Positions 39,508-48,712 of a stretch of DNA of 64,000 bases are shown in pieces (the stretch's first letter is position 1; every line of letters begins with the position of its first letter). The DNA is from Ferruginibacter sp. Lineage in GTDB: Bacteria > Bacteroidota > Bacteroidia > Chitinophagales > Chitinophagaceae. Under the pieces are notes generated by a model that saw only the letters and a program-made list of their open reading frames with translations, made no database searches and was not told where the DNA came from. Location of the stretch: the NCBI GenBank assembly GCA_046590675.1, contig JBKJUP010000022.1, positions 6,961 through 70,960 on the forward strand, given 5' to 3'. The position numbers and the translations under genes are program-made.

Positions 39508-39708
39508 CTATCCTTTCAGGCGTAACAAACGCAGTACGAAATCGTGGTTAGTAGAATGAACTACACCATCTTTTCTTAAATTACGCTTACGTTTCTTTGA
39601 TTTCTTTGTTAAGATGTGACGTTTGAAGGGCTTTTGGAAGGTAATTAAACCTGTTCCTGTAACTTTAAAACGCTTTTTTGCGCTTGAGTTGGTTTTAACT
39701 TTTGGCAT
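39508..39708 (-). CDS. rpmI: 50S ribosomal protein L35
   Basis: [18 protein letters not shown]...HILTKK. Confidence 0.97.
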   Translation of the reverse strand: MPKVKTNSSAKKRFKVTGTGLITFQKPFKRHILTKKSKKRKRNLRKDGVVHSTNHDFVLRLLRLKG

Positions 39709-39811
39709 TTAATAACTTATTATAGTTACTCCCTGCTGGCGCCCCGAACAGTCGGGAACTTTTAGAGCCTTGTGGGAAATGTTTCAAAAAAGAATTTTCT
39801 TTTTCGGGCGG

Positions 39812-39819
39812 CAAAGGTA
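39812..39819 (-). promoter_or_regulatory. -7 promoter element for rpmI-rplT
   Basis: TACCTTTG followed by CCGCCC. Confidence 0.7.
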
Positions 39820-39986
39820 GGGAAATAACCAATTCAAATTAACAAAATCCACATTAATGTGTTTATTAAGGCAAATCTGCGTGGCACTTGAAATTTATTA
39901 AAGGTAAACAGCAAATTTAACCGCTCTTCACAAAATTCAATAAAGCGCTTGTTTAACAATTAATTTTAGAAAAAATTTAAATTCTA

Positions 39987-42011
39987 ATGAAAAAAAGCTC
40001 CATTCTTATTTCTTTTTGCATTTTGTTGGCATTTACCACAATGGCTCAAACAAAGACTAAGGTAAAATATATAGATCCGGCTAACATGGATCAAAACATA
40101 AAACCAGGTGATGATTTTTATCTATACGCCAATGGTGCCTGGATTAAAAACAATCCCGTACCACCTTCAAAAACACGTTGGAGCACATTTGCTGTTTTAG
40201 CAGAAGAGGCATCTAACTCTCTTAAAGAGTTATTAGATGATGCTGCAAAACATCCTGAAAAGAGCAGGCTCAATCAAATGGTTGGTGGCTTTTATGCCAG
40301 TGCCATGGATAGTGCTGCTATCGAAAAATTAGGATTTACTCCCATAAAAGGCGAACTGGAACGCCTTGGAAAAATTAGCACGCTGAATGAAGTAATTGAT
40401 GAACTTGCCACGCTTCGGGTAAGAGGGGTTGCTGTGCCACTGTTTGGATTTTTTATTGGACAGGATTCAAAAAAAGTTACCGAATATATTCCCCAGTTTG
40501 GCCAGGGTGGAACCACCTTACCTGACCGTGATTATTATTTAAAAAATGATGCCCGCAGCACCAATATCAGGAAGGAATATATTTCCTACATCACTGATAT
40601 GTTTAAACTCACGGGAGTAGATGAAGCAACTGCAGCCAAAAATGCGGATGTAATACTGGCCCTCGAAACAGCGTTGGCCAATGCTCAATTGAGCCGTGTT
40701 GAAATGAGGGATCCACAGAAATTGTATAACAAGTATTTGGTGGATGATTTTACTAAAACAACCTCAACCATCAACTGGAGAGACCTGATGAGTAAAATGA
40801 AGGTCAACCACCAGGATAGTATCATTGTAAGTAACCCTACATTTTTACGATTTGCAGACAGCCTGCTGCCGGTAACGCCTGTTAGTACCTGGAAAACTTA
40901 TCTTCAATGGTATGTTATAAAAAATGCAGCTTCTTCACTCAGCAATGATTTTGTAGAAAGAAATTTTGAATTTACCAAGGTACTTTCCGGCCAGAAAGAA
41001 ATGACGCCACGCTGGCAGCGTATGAGTGGATTAACGGATAATGTACTGGGCGATTTGCTGGGTCAATTGTATGTTGCAAAATATTTTAAACCCGCCGCTA
41101 AACAACGTATGATGGACCTGGTTAGTAACCTGCAAAAAGCTTTTGAAGAAAGAATAAAAATGCTTGATTGGATGAGTGCCGAAACAAAAGAAAAAGCACT
41201 TATAAAATTAAATGCTTTTGGAAAAAAGATCGGTTACACCGACAAATGGAAAACCTATGATGGTGTTGTAATTGATAAAAATAATTTTGTTGAAAACATA
41301 AGAAATATTTCAGTTTGGGCATACAATGACCGCATACAAAAATTGGGGAAACCGGTAGATAAAACAGAATGGAACTTTACCCCTCCTACTATCAATGCAT
41401 CTTATAGCCCTGTGAGAAATGAAATTACTTTCCCGGCAGGTATTTTACAATCTCCATTCTATGATTTTAATGCAGATGATGCTGTAAACTATGGTGGAAT
41501 TGGTGCAGTTATCGGGCATGAGATGACGCATGGTTTTGATGACCAGGGCAGGCAGTTTGATGCTGATGGAAACTTAAGGGACTGGTGGACCGAAGATGAT
41601 GCGAAACAATTTAAGATGAAAACAGACAAGGTAGTTGACGAGTATAACGGCTTCACGGTGTTAGACACTTTGCACCTGAACGGAAAACTTACATTGGGCG
41701 AAAACATTGCTGACCTTGGTGGACTTAACATGGCTTATGCTGCGTTTAAGAAAACAGCGGCAGGCCAGTCAAATAAAAAGATTGACGGCTTTACACCCGA
41801 CCAACGTTTTTTCCTGGGATGGGCGCAAATATGGAGACAAAATTCTTTGCCTGAAACTTCAGCTCAGTTGGTGTTGATTGATCCACACTCACCTGGTGAA
41901 TTTAGAACCAATGGAACGGTCGTGCAACTGGATGCATTTTACAAAGCCTTTAATGTAAAAGAAGGAGATAAAATGTACCTGCCACCGGCGAAGAGAATTC
42001 ATATCTGGTAG
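39987..42011 (+). CDS. M13 family metalloendopeptidase (PepO-like)
   Basis: GHEMTHGFD (HEXXH), NASY, GENIADLGG, HSPGEFR. Confidence 0.93.
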   Translation: MKKSSILISFCILLAFTTMAQTKTKVKYIDPANMDQNIKPGDDFYLYANGAWIKNNPVPPSKTRWSTFAVLAEEASNSLKELLDDAAKHPEKSRLNQMVGGFYASAMDSAAIEKLGFTPIKGELERLGKISTLNEVIDELATLRVRGVAVPLFGFFIGQDSKKVTEYIPQFGQGGTTLPDRDYYLKNDARSTNIRKEYISYITDMFKLTGVDEATAAKNADVILALETALANAQLSRVEMRDPQKLYNKYLVDDFTKTTSTINWRDLMSKMKVNHQDSIIVSNPTFLRFADSLLPVTPVSTWKTYLQWYVIKNAASSLSNDFVERNFEFTKVLSGQKEMTPRWQRMSGLTDNVLGDLLGQLYVAKYFKPAAKQRMMDLVSNLQKAFEERIKMLDWMSAETKEKALIKLNAFGKKIGYTDKWKTYDGVVIDKNNFVENIRNISVWAYNDRIQKLGKPVDKTEWNFTPPTINASYSPVRNEITFPAGILQSPFYDFNADDAVNYGGIGAVIGHEMTHGFDDQGRQFDADGNLRDWWTEDDAKQFKMKTDKVVDEYNGFTVLDTLHLNGKLTLGENIADLGGLNMAYAAFKKTAAGQSNKKIDGFTPDQRFFLGWAQIWRQNSLPETSAQLVLIDPHSPGEFRTNGTVVQLDAFYKAFNVKEGDKMYLPPAKRIHIW

Positions 42012-42095
42012 TTGAGATAAATCAAAAGTAAAAAGTAAAAAAAAACCTATCACCGTATGCTTACTAGAAGTCCAATTCGGTTTGAGGTAGTTAAA

Positions 42096-42185
42096 GTTGC
42101 CATGAAAAACGAGAGACGAACGGAGTCCCGATTAAAATACGGGATAGACTGTCGCCACCCGATAACTATCGGATGAAACTCCATT
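42096..42185 (+). repeat. Dispersed repeat family B, copy 4 (with inserted palindromes)
   Basis: GTTGCCATGAAAA...GAACGGAG[TCCCG..CGGGA]TAGACTGTCGCCACC[CCGATAACTATCGG]ATGAAA. Confidence 0.6.
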
Positions 42186-42257
42186 AAAAAAAAATGTTGG
42201 TGAACCAATAAATATTTTAAAAGACTAATTGATAAGGGCCGCATAAACTATGCGGCC

Positions 42258-43043
42258 CTATTTTTTTGATCCGTTTGCGTAATGCTCCAACATTATTTCA
42301 TACACTTTTTCTTTTAGTGGAACTGTTTTAATCCCTTCTGAAGAAACAGGTGGTAAAAAATCCATCCTTAACCTGGTTGGTAATAAGTAAAATCCTTTTG
42401 CAATAGGAATGGCCTCTTTTGTGCCAAATATCACACAGGGCATCACCTTCTTCTTTGTGTCCACTGCAACTTTAAAAGCGCCGTCATAAAAGGGTTTCAT
42501 GGGCAGGTCTGTACGATTGCGGGCACCTTCCGGGTATATACATATATGCATATTTGCCAGCACCACTTTTTTCATATCCTCAAAACTTTTTCTTCGGCTA
42601 TTGTTATCATTTCTATCTACCAATACGGATCCTCTTTTGTAGAAATATCCAAAGATGGGAACCTTGGCAAAGGAAGCTTTAGCAATGGTTTTATTGGGAC
42701 CGGGAACAAAAGGCGCCGAAAGCGGAACATCTAATAAAGCATTGTGATTATAAACAATTACATAGGCTTCCCCGTCTTTGAAATTTTCTTTTCCGGTAAC
42801 TTTTAGCGGGCACCCAATCATATACAACCAGGTTGTCATCCACACTCTTGATACCGCAATAAAATATTTTTGTCCTTTCCATTCATCGCGGAAAAGGTAG
42901 GCGCACATTGAAGGAATGAAAATGATGAGAAAAGTAATGATGAAAGAAAGCATGCCCCATACTGCCCAAACCCTGCCAAATACATCTGTTAAAAAACCTC
43001 CGAAACTTTGTTTCTTTTTTGTTGTGCTGATAATCTCCGTCAT
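42258..43043 (-). CDS. plsC: 1-acyl-sn-glycerol-3-phosphate acyltransferase
   Basis: NHNALLD (HX4D), IYPEGARNR, FYDGAF. Confidence 0.88.
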   Translation of the reverse strand: MTEIISTTKKKQSFGGFLTDVFGRVWAVWGMLSFIITFLIIFIPSMCAYLFRDEWKGQKYFIAVSRVWMTTWLYMIGCPLKVTGKENFKDGEAYVIVYNHNALLDVPLSAPFVPGPNKTIAKASFAKVPIFGYFYKRGSVLVDRNDNNSRRKSFEDMKKVVLANMHICIYPEGARNRTDLPMKPFYDGAFKVAVDTKKKVMPCVIFGTKEAIPIAKGFYLLPTRLRMDFLPPVSSEGIKTVPLKEKVYEIMLEHYANGSKK

Positions 43044-43072
43044 AAATTATAGCGCCATTCCCGGCTATTTTT

Positions 43073-43756
43073 TTAAGGTGTAAGTAATTTCCAGTCGATG
43101 GGGTCAAGCCCTTGCCTGGTGAGTAGTTCATTGGTTTTTGAAAAGTGTTTGCAACCATAAAAACCTTTTTCAACACTAAAAGGAGAAGGGTGTGCCGCTT
43201 TTAAAACAAAATGTTTTGTTTCATCAATTAAGGCTTGCTTTTCCTGCGCAAACTTACCCCATAATAAAAAAACAACGCCGGCTTTTTGAGCAGAAATTTT
43301 TTCAATAACTGCATCCGTAAAATTCATCCATCCAATTTTAGCGTGACTGGCGGGTTCGTTAGCTCTTACCGTTAGTATGGCATTTAACAATAAAACGCCC
43401 TGCTCTGCCCAATGGGTAAGATTACCATAACCAACCGGCATAGGTATGCCAAGATCTGTTTGAATTTCTTTGTAAATATTTGCCAGCGAGGGAGGTGGCT
43501 TTATCCCTGCAGGAACTGAAAAACTTAAACCATGTGCCTGACCGGGATTGTGGTAGGGATCCTGCCCTAAAATTACCACCCGTATTTTATCAAATGGCGT
43601 TCGGTTAAAAGCATTAAAAATAAGCGGTCCCGGCGGATAAATGATCTTCTCTGCTGATTTCTCCCTTTTTAAAAATGTGACAATTTCCAGGAAATAAGGC
43701 TTTGTAAACTCATTCTTCAGCACTTCTGTCCAGGAGGCTTCCATTTGTACATCCAT
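43073..43756 (-). CDS. ung: Uracil-DNA glycosylase
   Basis: GQDPYH, GLSFS, QGVLLLN, AHPSP. Confidence 0.97.
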   Translation of the reverse strand: MDVQMEASWTEVLKNEFTKPYFLEIVTFLKREKSAEKIIYPPGPLIFNAFNRTPFDKIRVVILGQDPYHNPGQAHGLSFSVPAGIKPPPSLANIYKEIQTDLGIPMPVGYGNLTHWAEQGVLLLNAILTVRANEPASHAKIGWMNFTDAVIEKISAQKAGVVFLLWGKFAQEKQALIDETKHFVLKAAHPSPFSVEKGFYGCKHFSKTNELLTRQGLDPIDWKLLTP

Positions 43757-43887
43757 TTAAAAACATTTTAGTAAATGTACAAAAGCCCATCAAACTATTC
43801 ATGCAATAATATGCCGTGCAATATTGCAGATACCGGTCAATATTGAGTCAATAAGCAATTGGTTGTTCCAGACCTTAAAACATTTTA

Positions 43888-46809
43888 TTACTTTAATAAT
43901 CCATCTAAAGTAATGGCAACATAATAAAGGGCACCAATGGTTGGACCGCCGGCATATTGAATGTTGCGGTTGTTTAAAATATTAGTGCCACCAAATTTTA
44001 TAGTGGTTTTTGCAGCCGGCATTCTATAGGTTATTTGAGCATCTATATTATTGATGGCATCAATCCGGCCTGTAACCAATGGACTTTCCCATAAAAAGCT
44101 ATCCTGCCATTTCCACACGATGTTAAACCCAACATGCGTTGATATAGCCCTGTTTCCAAACGATAAATTGGATGTGTATTTAGGCGTATTAAACCCCGTT
44201 ATAAAAAGATCTTTTGTTGCATTTGTCTTTATGTTGTTGTAATTGAAATTACCAGATAGCGTAAAGGTTTTGTAAATATTATAGGTGATACCAGCGGAGG
44301 AACCGTAACTGGTGTATTTATTATTTGCATTTGTATAAACCCTATAACGCTCCTGTCCTTTGCTGGCAGCATTGCCTCCGGATGCTGCAGTAGCGTCCCT
44401 GTTGCGATCAATCATGGCGATGATGGCTGCATCAGACCCTATCTTTTCATCAATGGGTACATACACCTGTACTTGACCTAAAAAGCCATCATAAATATTT
44501 GTGTAAGCATCTATATCAATAAACACTTTGTTGTTGAATAAAGAACCTTTATAGCCTACTTCAAATGAGTTGATGCCTTCCGGCCTGCCATTGGGCAAGT
44601 TACCCGGTTGCAACAGATTCCTGTTTTGTAATGCTGCAGCATCCGTATTACCAGCCAGTTTAACCGCCGCATTAAATGCAGCCACACTTGATTGCGTGTA
44701 ACTGTTTTCACGATACCCAAGGCCTTCATCAATAACCGGCAAAATGCCTACCCTCTTTACCCTGCCATTGTTTACATAAGACAATGCTTCAAACAATGCC
44801 GGAAAGCGATAGCCCTGTTGAAAGGTAAAACGAAAATTATGCCGTTGCTTAACCGTATAAACTGCGGCTATCCTTGGTGTAAGTTTGGCAGAAAATTCAG
44901 GGTTGTAATCAGCCCTGAGTGATCCCCATAACTTCAGTTTTTCTTTAAAGAAAGTTTTTGTGAGTTGTGCAAATCCTCCGATTTTTTTATAATAAATATT
45001 TTCCCCGAAACTGCCATCGGTTAATGCTGTATTTCTATCTGCAACCGAACGTTTAAAGTCAACAAAATTATTTCCATCCGGAATAACCTGGTATAATCTT
45101 GCATCAGCACCTACTAACAACGTAAAATATTTAACCAGTTTGGTTAGATCCAATTGTCCTTCTACATGATATAGGTTACTCTTTTGTACAAGCGCAGCAC
45201 CACCGGTTACTGGTGCGTTGGGAATGGTGGCAGATTTAATATCCCAATTATTGATGTGAATAATAGAATCCCTTACTGTATTAAATCTTGCGGTACCTGC
45301 TTCTACCCTGCCTGCATCTGCCTGTTCTCTTGCAAACAGCGACGCCGCCGCCAGGTTGCTACTGGTTAAGGCGCCTCCATGATCCATAGCGTAATTATTT
45401 AAAGCAGCTTTGTACTTATTGCCCCATACAGATGCACTACCGCCGGTATATAGATCAAGGTTGTCTGCCAATGGTTTTACATTATACGAGTCGCCGGAAT
45501 TTTCATGGGAAGTATATGCCTTGACGGTAAAATTGCTTCCCTTCAATTCCAACTGGTGATTTTGCACAACTACATTATCCAGCTTAATTTTATTGCCCCG
45601 TTGAAATACACCATCCATTTTTCCTACCCGATAACTATAGTTTAATTGTGTACCGCCATTGAATTTATAAACAAATGCTGCATCCAGTTTTAAATTATCC
45701 ACTTTGGGATTTACCAGGTCTTTCTCCCAATAACCCGTGCGACTTACCGTTAGTGTTTTATTTGGTGATCCATCTATATTCAATCCTGTTACTGATATGG
45801 TATTACTACCCGCCAATGCATCGTCGCCATATTTGTTCCAGCCATCAAATGCAATATTGTTGGCTCCATTTAATGCGGTGTAATTTGGGTTAGCAGTATT
45901 GTGTGTATTTGGATTCTGATCAAGCCGTGAATCAGAAATCCAGTCTGTACCCTGCATATAGCCTGCATTTATTTTAAAAGCAAACTTATTATTGAAAGCC
46001 TTTGCATAGCGTATAGCAGTTTCAGTTAGCAATGCCGGGGCATGGTCAGTTCCATCTACATGATTGATACCGGTTCTATGAAAAAGACTCAATCCCTGGG
46101 AAGTAAATGGATTCTTAGTAATAAGATTCGACATGCCATTAATGGCATTCATACCATATAACGCCGAAGCTGCACCAGGCGTAACTTCTATGCTTTGAAT
46201 ATCCAGCTCCGTGGGGCCAATCGCGTTGCCTAATGGAACACCCAAGGTTGCTGCCTGCATATCGATTCCATCTACCAGTTGCATAAAACGAAAATTATTA
46301 GGAATATTAAACCCACGGGTATTGGGCACTTTAAAGGTGATAGAAGATGTGGTAAGCTGTACACCTTTTACATTCCCCAATGCATCATAGAATGAAGCAG
46401 CCGGCGTTTCCTTCAATGACCGGACATCGAGTTTTTCGATGCTTACCGGCGACTTCGATATTTTTTCTGTACCCCTGCTGGCAGTAACTACCACTTCATT
46501 TGCAAGAAAGGTTTGAGTGGTTAACTGAATGGCAAGTTTTGTGTTGATGTTTTTGATTTCAATTTCCTGAGGGGCAAATCCTACTGAACTTATAATGATG
46601 GTAAAAGGAAATTTTTGATTAATCACCAACGAAAAATTTCCGGCAGAATCGCTGATCGTTCCTTTGCTTGCGCCTTTTACAGAAATGCTTGCGGCCGATA
46701 ATGGCTCATGATTTTCGCCGATCACCTTACCACTCAAAATAACAGTTCCATTTAATTGAGCGAATGATATTGCAGGTATAAATACAAAAATGATTAGTAA
46801 ATTTTTCAT
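43888..46809 (-). CDS. TonB-dependent receptor at the distal end of the cys cluster
   Basis: Signal peptide, CarbopepD_reg-like domain, plug (NTRGFN, GAASALYG), barrel; 973 aa. Confidence 0.88.
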   Translation of the reverse strand: MKNLLIIFVFIPAISFAQLNGTVILSGKVIGENHEPLSAASISVKGASKGTISDSAGNFSLVINQKFPFTIIISSVGFAPQEIEIKNINTKLAIQLTTQTFLANEVVVTASRGTEKISKSPVSIEKLDVRSLKETPAASFYDALGNVKGVQLTTSSITFKVPNTRGFNIPNNFRFMQLVDGIDMQAATLGVPLGNAIGPTELDIQSIEVTPGAASALYGMNAINGMSNLITKNPFTSQGLSLFHRTGINHVDGTDHAPALLTETAIRYAKAFNNKFAFKINAGYMQGTDWISDSRLDQNPNTHNTANPNYTALNGANNIAFDGWNKYGDDALAGSNTISVTGLNIDGSPNKTLTVSRTGYWEKDLVNPKVDNLKLDAAFVYKFNGGTQLNYSYRVGKMDGVFQRGNKIKLDNVVVQNHQLELKGSNFTVKAYTSHENSGDSYNVKPLADNLDLYTGGSASVWGNKYKAALNNYAMDHGGALTSSNLAAASLFAREQADAGRVEAGTARFNTVRDSIIHINNWDIKSATIPNAPVTGGAALVQKSNLYHVEGQLDLTKLVKYFTLLVGADARLYQVIPDGNNFVDFKRSVADRNTALTDGSFGENIYYKKIGGFAQLTKTFFKEKLKLWGSLRADYNPEFSAKLTPRIAAVYTVKQRHNFRFTFQQGYRFPALFEALSYVNNGRVKRVGILPVIDEGLGYRENSYTQSSVAAFNAAVKLAGNTDAAALQNRNLLQPGNLPNGRPEGINSFEVGYKGSLFNNKVFIDIDAYTNIYDGFLGQVQVYVPIDEKIGSDAAIIAMIDRNRDATAASGGNAASKGQERYRVYTNANNKYTSYGSSAGITYNIYKTFTLSGNFNYNNIKTNATKDLFITGFNTPKYTSNLSFGNRAISTHVGFNIVWKWQDSFLWESPLVTGRIDAINNIDAQITYRMPAAKTTIKFGGTNILNNRNIQYAGGPTIGALYYVAITLDGLLK

Positions 46810-46915
46810 TACCGAAAAAAGTTAGATGTTAATTTAATAGCTGTTGAAAACTACGCAGCAGATTCAACTGCGAAAGATGCTGTTCAAATAAAATGAGAAC
46901 AGTTAATAAAAATAT

Positions 46916-46951
46916 TTACCGACAACATCGGTTTAGTAGCAGACGTCTCAT
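46916..46951 (-). CDS. Putative Cys-Cys leader peptide upstream of the TonB receptor
   Basis: MRRLLLNRCCR* (TGT TGT), 14 nt downstream of operator motif, 106 nt upstream of receptor ATG. Confidence 0.5.
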   Translation of the reverse strand: MRRLLLNRCCR

Positions 46952-46965
46952 AAAGAAGTTTAAAA

Positions 46966-46984
46966 GTCTATAATTTTAATGGAC
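46966..46984. promoter_or_regulatory. cys-cluster palindromic operator, copy 1
   Basis: GTCTA-TAATTTTAA-TGGAC. Confidence 0.6.
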
Positions 46985-47012
46985 TAATTAAGTAAAAAAA
47001 TAGTTAGGGTAG

Positions 47013-48566
47013 TTACATAATATGCATGATTGCTTTAAACAAAGTATTAATACTGGTTAAAATAACCAATGCACCAACAGCTATAAACATCGTTTTCATA
47101 GGTAGCTTACCAACCAGTCTTGCGGCAATGGGCGCTGCAATTAAACCTCCCAGTATCAAGCCTGCAACTTCAAGGATAGGTATGGTTTTTAACAATATAA
47201 AAAATGTGATTGAACTCGTAAGCACTACGAAAAATTCCGCCAGGCAAACTGATCCAATTACATACCGTGGACTTCTGCGCTTAGCCATTAGCGTGCTGGT
47301 TACCAGAGTACCCCAGCCACCACCGGCAAATGCATCCATAAAACCACCCACTGATGCAAGCCATCCTGCCTTCTTCACTTTATCCAGTTGATTCCTTTTG
47401 GCAAATGCTTTTCTTATTATAAAATAGCCAAGATAGAGGGTGTAAAAACATAGTGGTATGCGGATATACTCGGTAATTCTTTGTCCGAAAAAAGCACAGG
47501 CAGCACCAATGATGGCACCAATTACGCCGGGTATTACCAGTGTTTTAAATAATTTTTTATTGATGTTCCCAAAACGATGGTGGCTGTACCCGGAAACCCC
47601 ACTGGAGAATACCCTGGCCGAATGCACCTGGCTACTCACAAGCGCCGGGTTAACGCCATAAGCCAATAAGAAAGTTGTGGAAATCGTACCATAGCCCATA
47701 CCCAACGACCCGTCAGCCATCTGTGCTAAAAACCCAATGACCAGCATCAGCAAAAAAGCCTGTTTATCAAACTTAAATGGAAGCGATGAAAAACTTTCGG
47801 CCATTTGATGAAACGGTACCATCGACAATATACCATGTCCAATAATCATTAATAAAAAAGCCAGCAGGCACCACATTACAATCTTTGGCCATTTTTTTTG
47901 CTCCGGTTTATTAATCGTTTGCAAATTGGCTTGTTTGGAAACCAATACTGTTGTGAGGCTGTTTAACTGTTTTACTTTTTCATCAAAATCGCCGTTGATA
48001 TTGCCGCGGATCGCCTGGATATTGTTGAGCACATTCTCCATTTCATCCGGTATCAAATTTCCGATTACTTCTTTTAAGCGCTTGGCAATGGTGGGTGATT
48101 TACCGTTCGTAGATATCGCTATTTTAATGCTTCCTTTTTGAACAACAGAACTAAGATAAAAATCACACAGATCAGGCTTATCAGCCGCATTAATCAACTT
48201 CCCCTTTGCTTTTGCATCGATGGTTACCTGTTCGCTCACTACCCTGTCATTCACTGCTGCTATCACAAGATCAGCTCCATCAATATCGCCGGATTCATAC
48301 CGTCTTTCTATTAATTGTATCCTGGGATTAGTGGCCACGATGGCACGAATGGCATCACTTATTTCAGGTGCCACCAGTTTTACATTTGCTTCCGGAGAAT
48401 TTTGTAATACAGCCGTTAATTTTTCTAACCCAACATATCCACCGCCAACAATCAACAGTTGCAATTTATCCAACTTAAGAAATATTGGAAACAACGGATT
48501 GATAGCCGCTATGTCTTCAACAGGGTCCATACCCGACTGTTCCAAAATTGTTCTTTTAACATCCAT
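47013..48566 (-). CDS. Fusion of siroheme synthase dehydrogenase/ferrochelatase (CysG-B) domain with TauE/SafE (TSUP) transporter
   Basis: LFPIFLKL, VGGGYVG, NAADKPDLCDFY, ISTNGKSP; then ADGSLGMGYG, GGGWG TSUP motifs. Confidence 0.88.
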   Translation of the reverse strand: MDVKRTILEQSGMDPVEDIAAINPLFPIFLKLDKLQLLIVGGGYVGLEKLTAVLQNSPEANVKLVAPEISDAIRAIVATNPRIQLIERRYESGDIDGADLVIAAVNDRVVSEQVTIDAKAKGKLINAADKPDLCDFYLSSVVQKGSIKIAISTNGKSPTIAKRLKEVIGNLIPDEMENVLNNIQAIRGNINGDFDEKVKQLNSLTTVLVSKQANLQTINKPEQKKWPKIVMWCLLAFLLMIIGHGILSMVPFHQMAESFSSLPFKFDKQAFLLMLVIGFLAQMADGSLGMGYGTISTTFLLAYGVNPALVSSQVHSARVFSSGVSGYSHHRFGNINKKLFKTLVIPGVIGAIIGAACAFFGQRITEYIRIPLCFYTLYLGYFIIRKAFAKRNQLDKVKKAGWLASVGGFMDAFAGGGWGTLVTSTLMAKRRSPRYVIGSVCLAEFFVVLTSSITFFILLKTIPILEVAGLILGGLIAAPIAARLVGKLPMKTMFIAVGALVILTSINTLFKAIMHIM

Positions 48567-48629
48567 AAATTCCGAAAAAATTGCCTGAAAATATTTTAAA
48601 GTAATTAGATCTCAGCGAAGATATCTATT

Positions 48630-48648
48630 CTCTACCAAATTAATAGAC
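48630..48648. promoter_or_regulatory. cys-cluster palindromic operator, copy 2
   Basis: CTCTA-CCAAATTAA-TAGAC. Confidence 0.65.
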
Positions 48649-48712
48649 TAATCAATATTATTTTTTTATGCCACCATTTTGGCTGCCCTTTTTGATCAAT
48701 AAACAAGCGCTT

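Noticed and set aside
43800-43850. Short palindromes TGCAATATTGCA and TCAATATTGA upstream of ung
   Set aside because: AT-rich palindromes with no recurrence elsewhere in the window
46811-48580. TTTTTTCGG just before the ATGs of the TonB receptor and cysG-tauE
   Set aside because: Only two short, low-complexity instances; not distinguishable from chance without a genome-wide test
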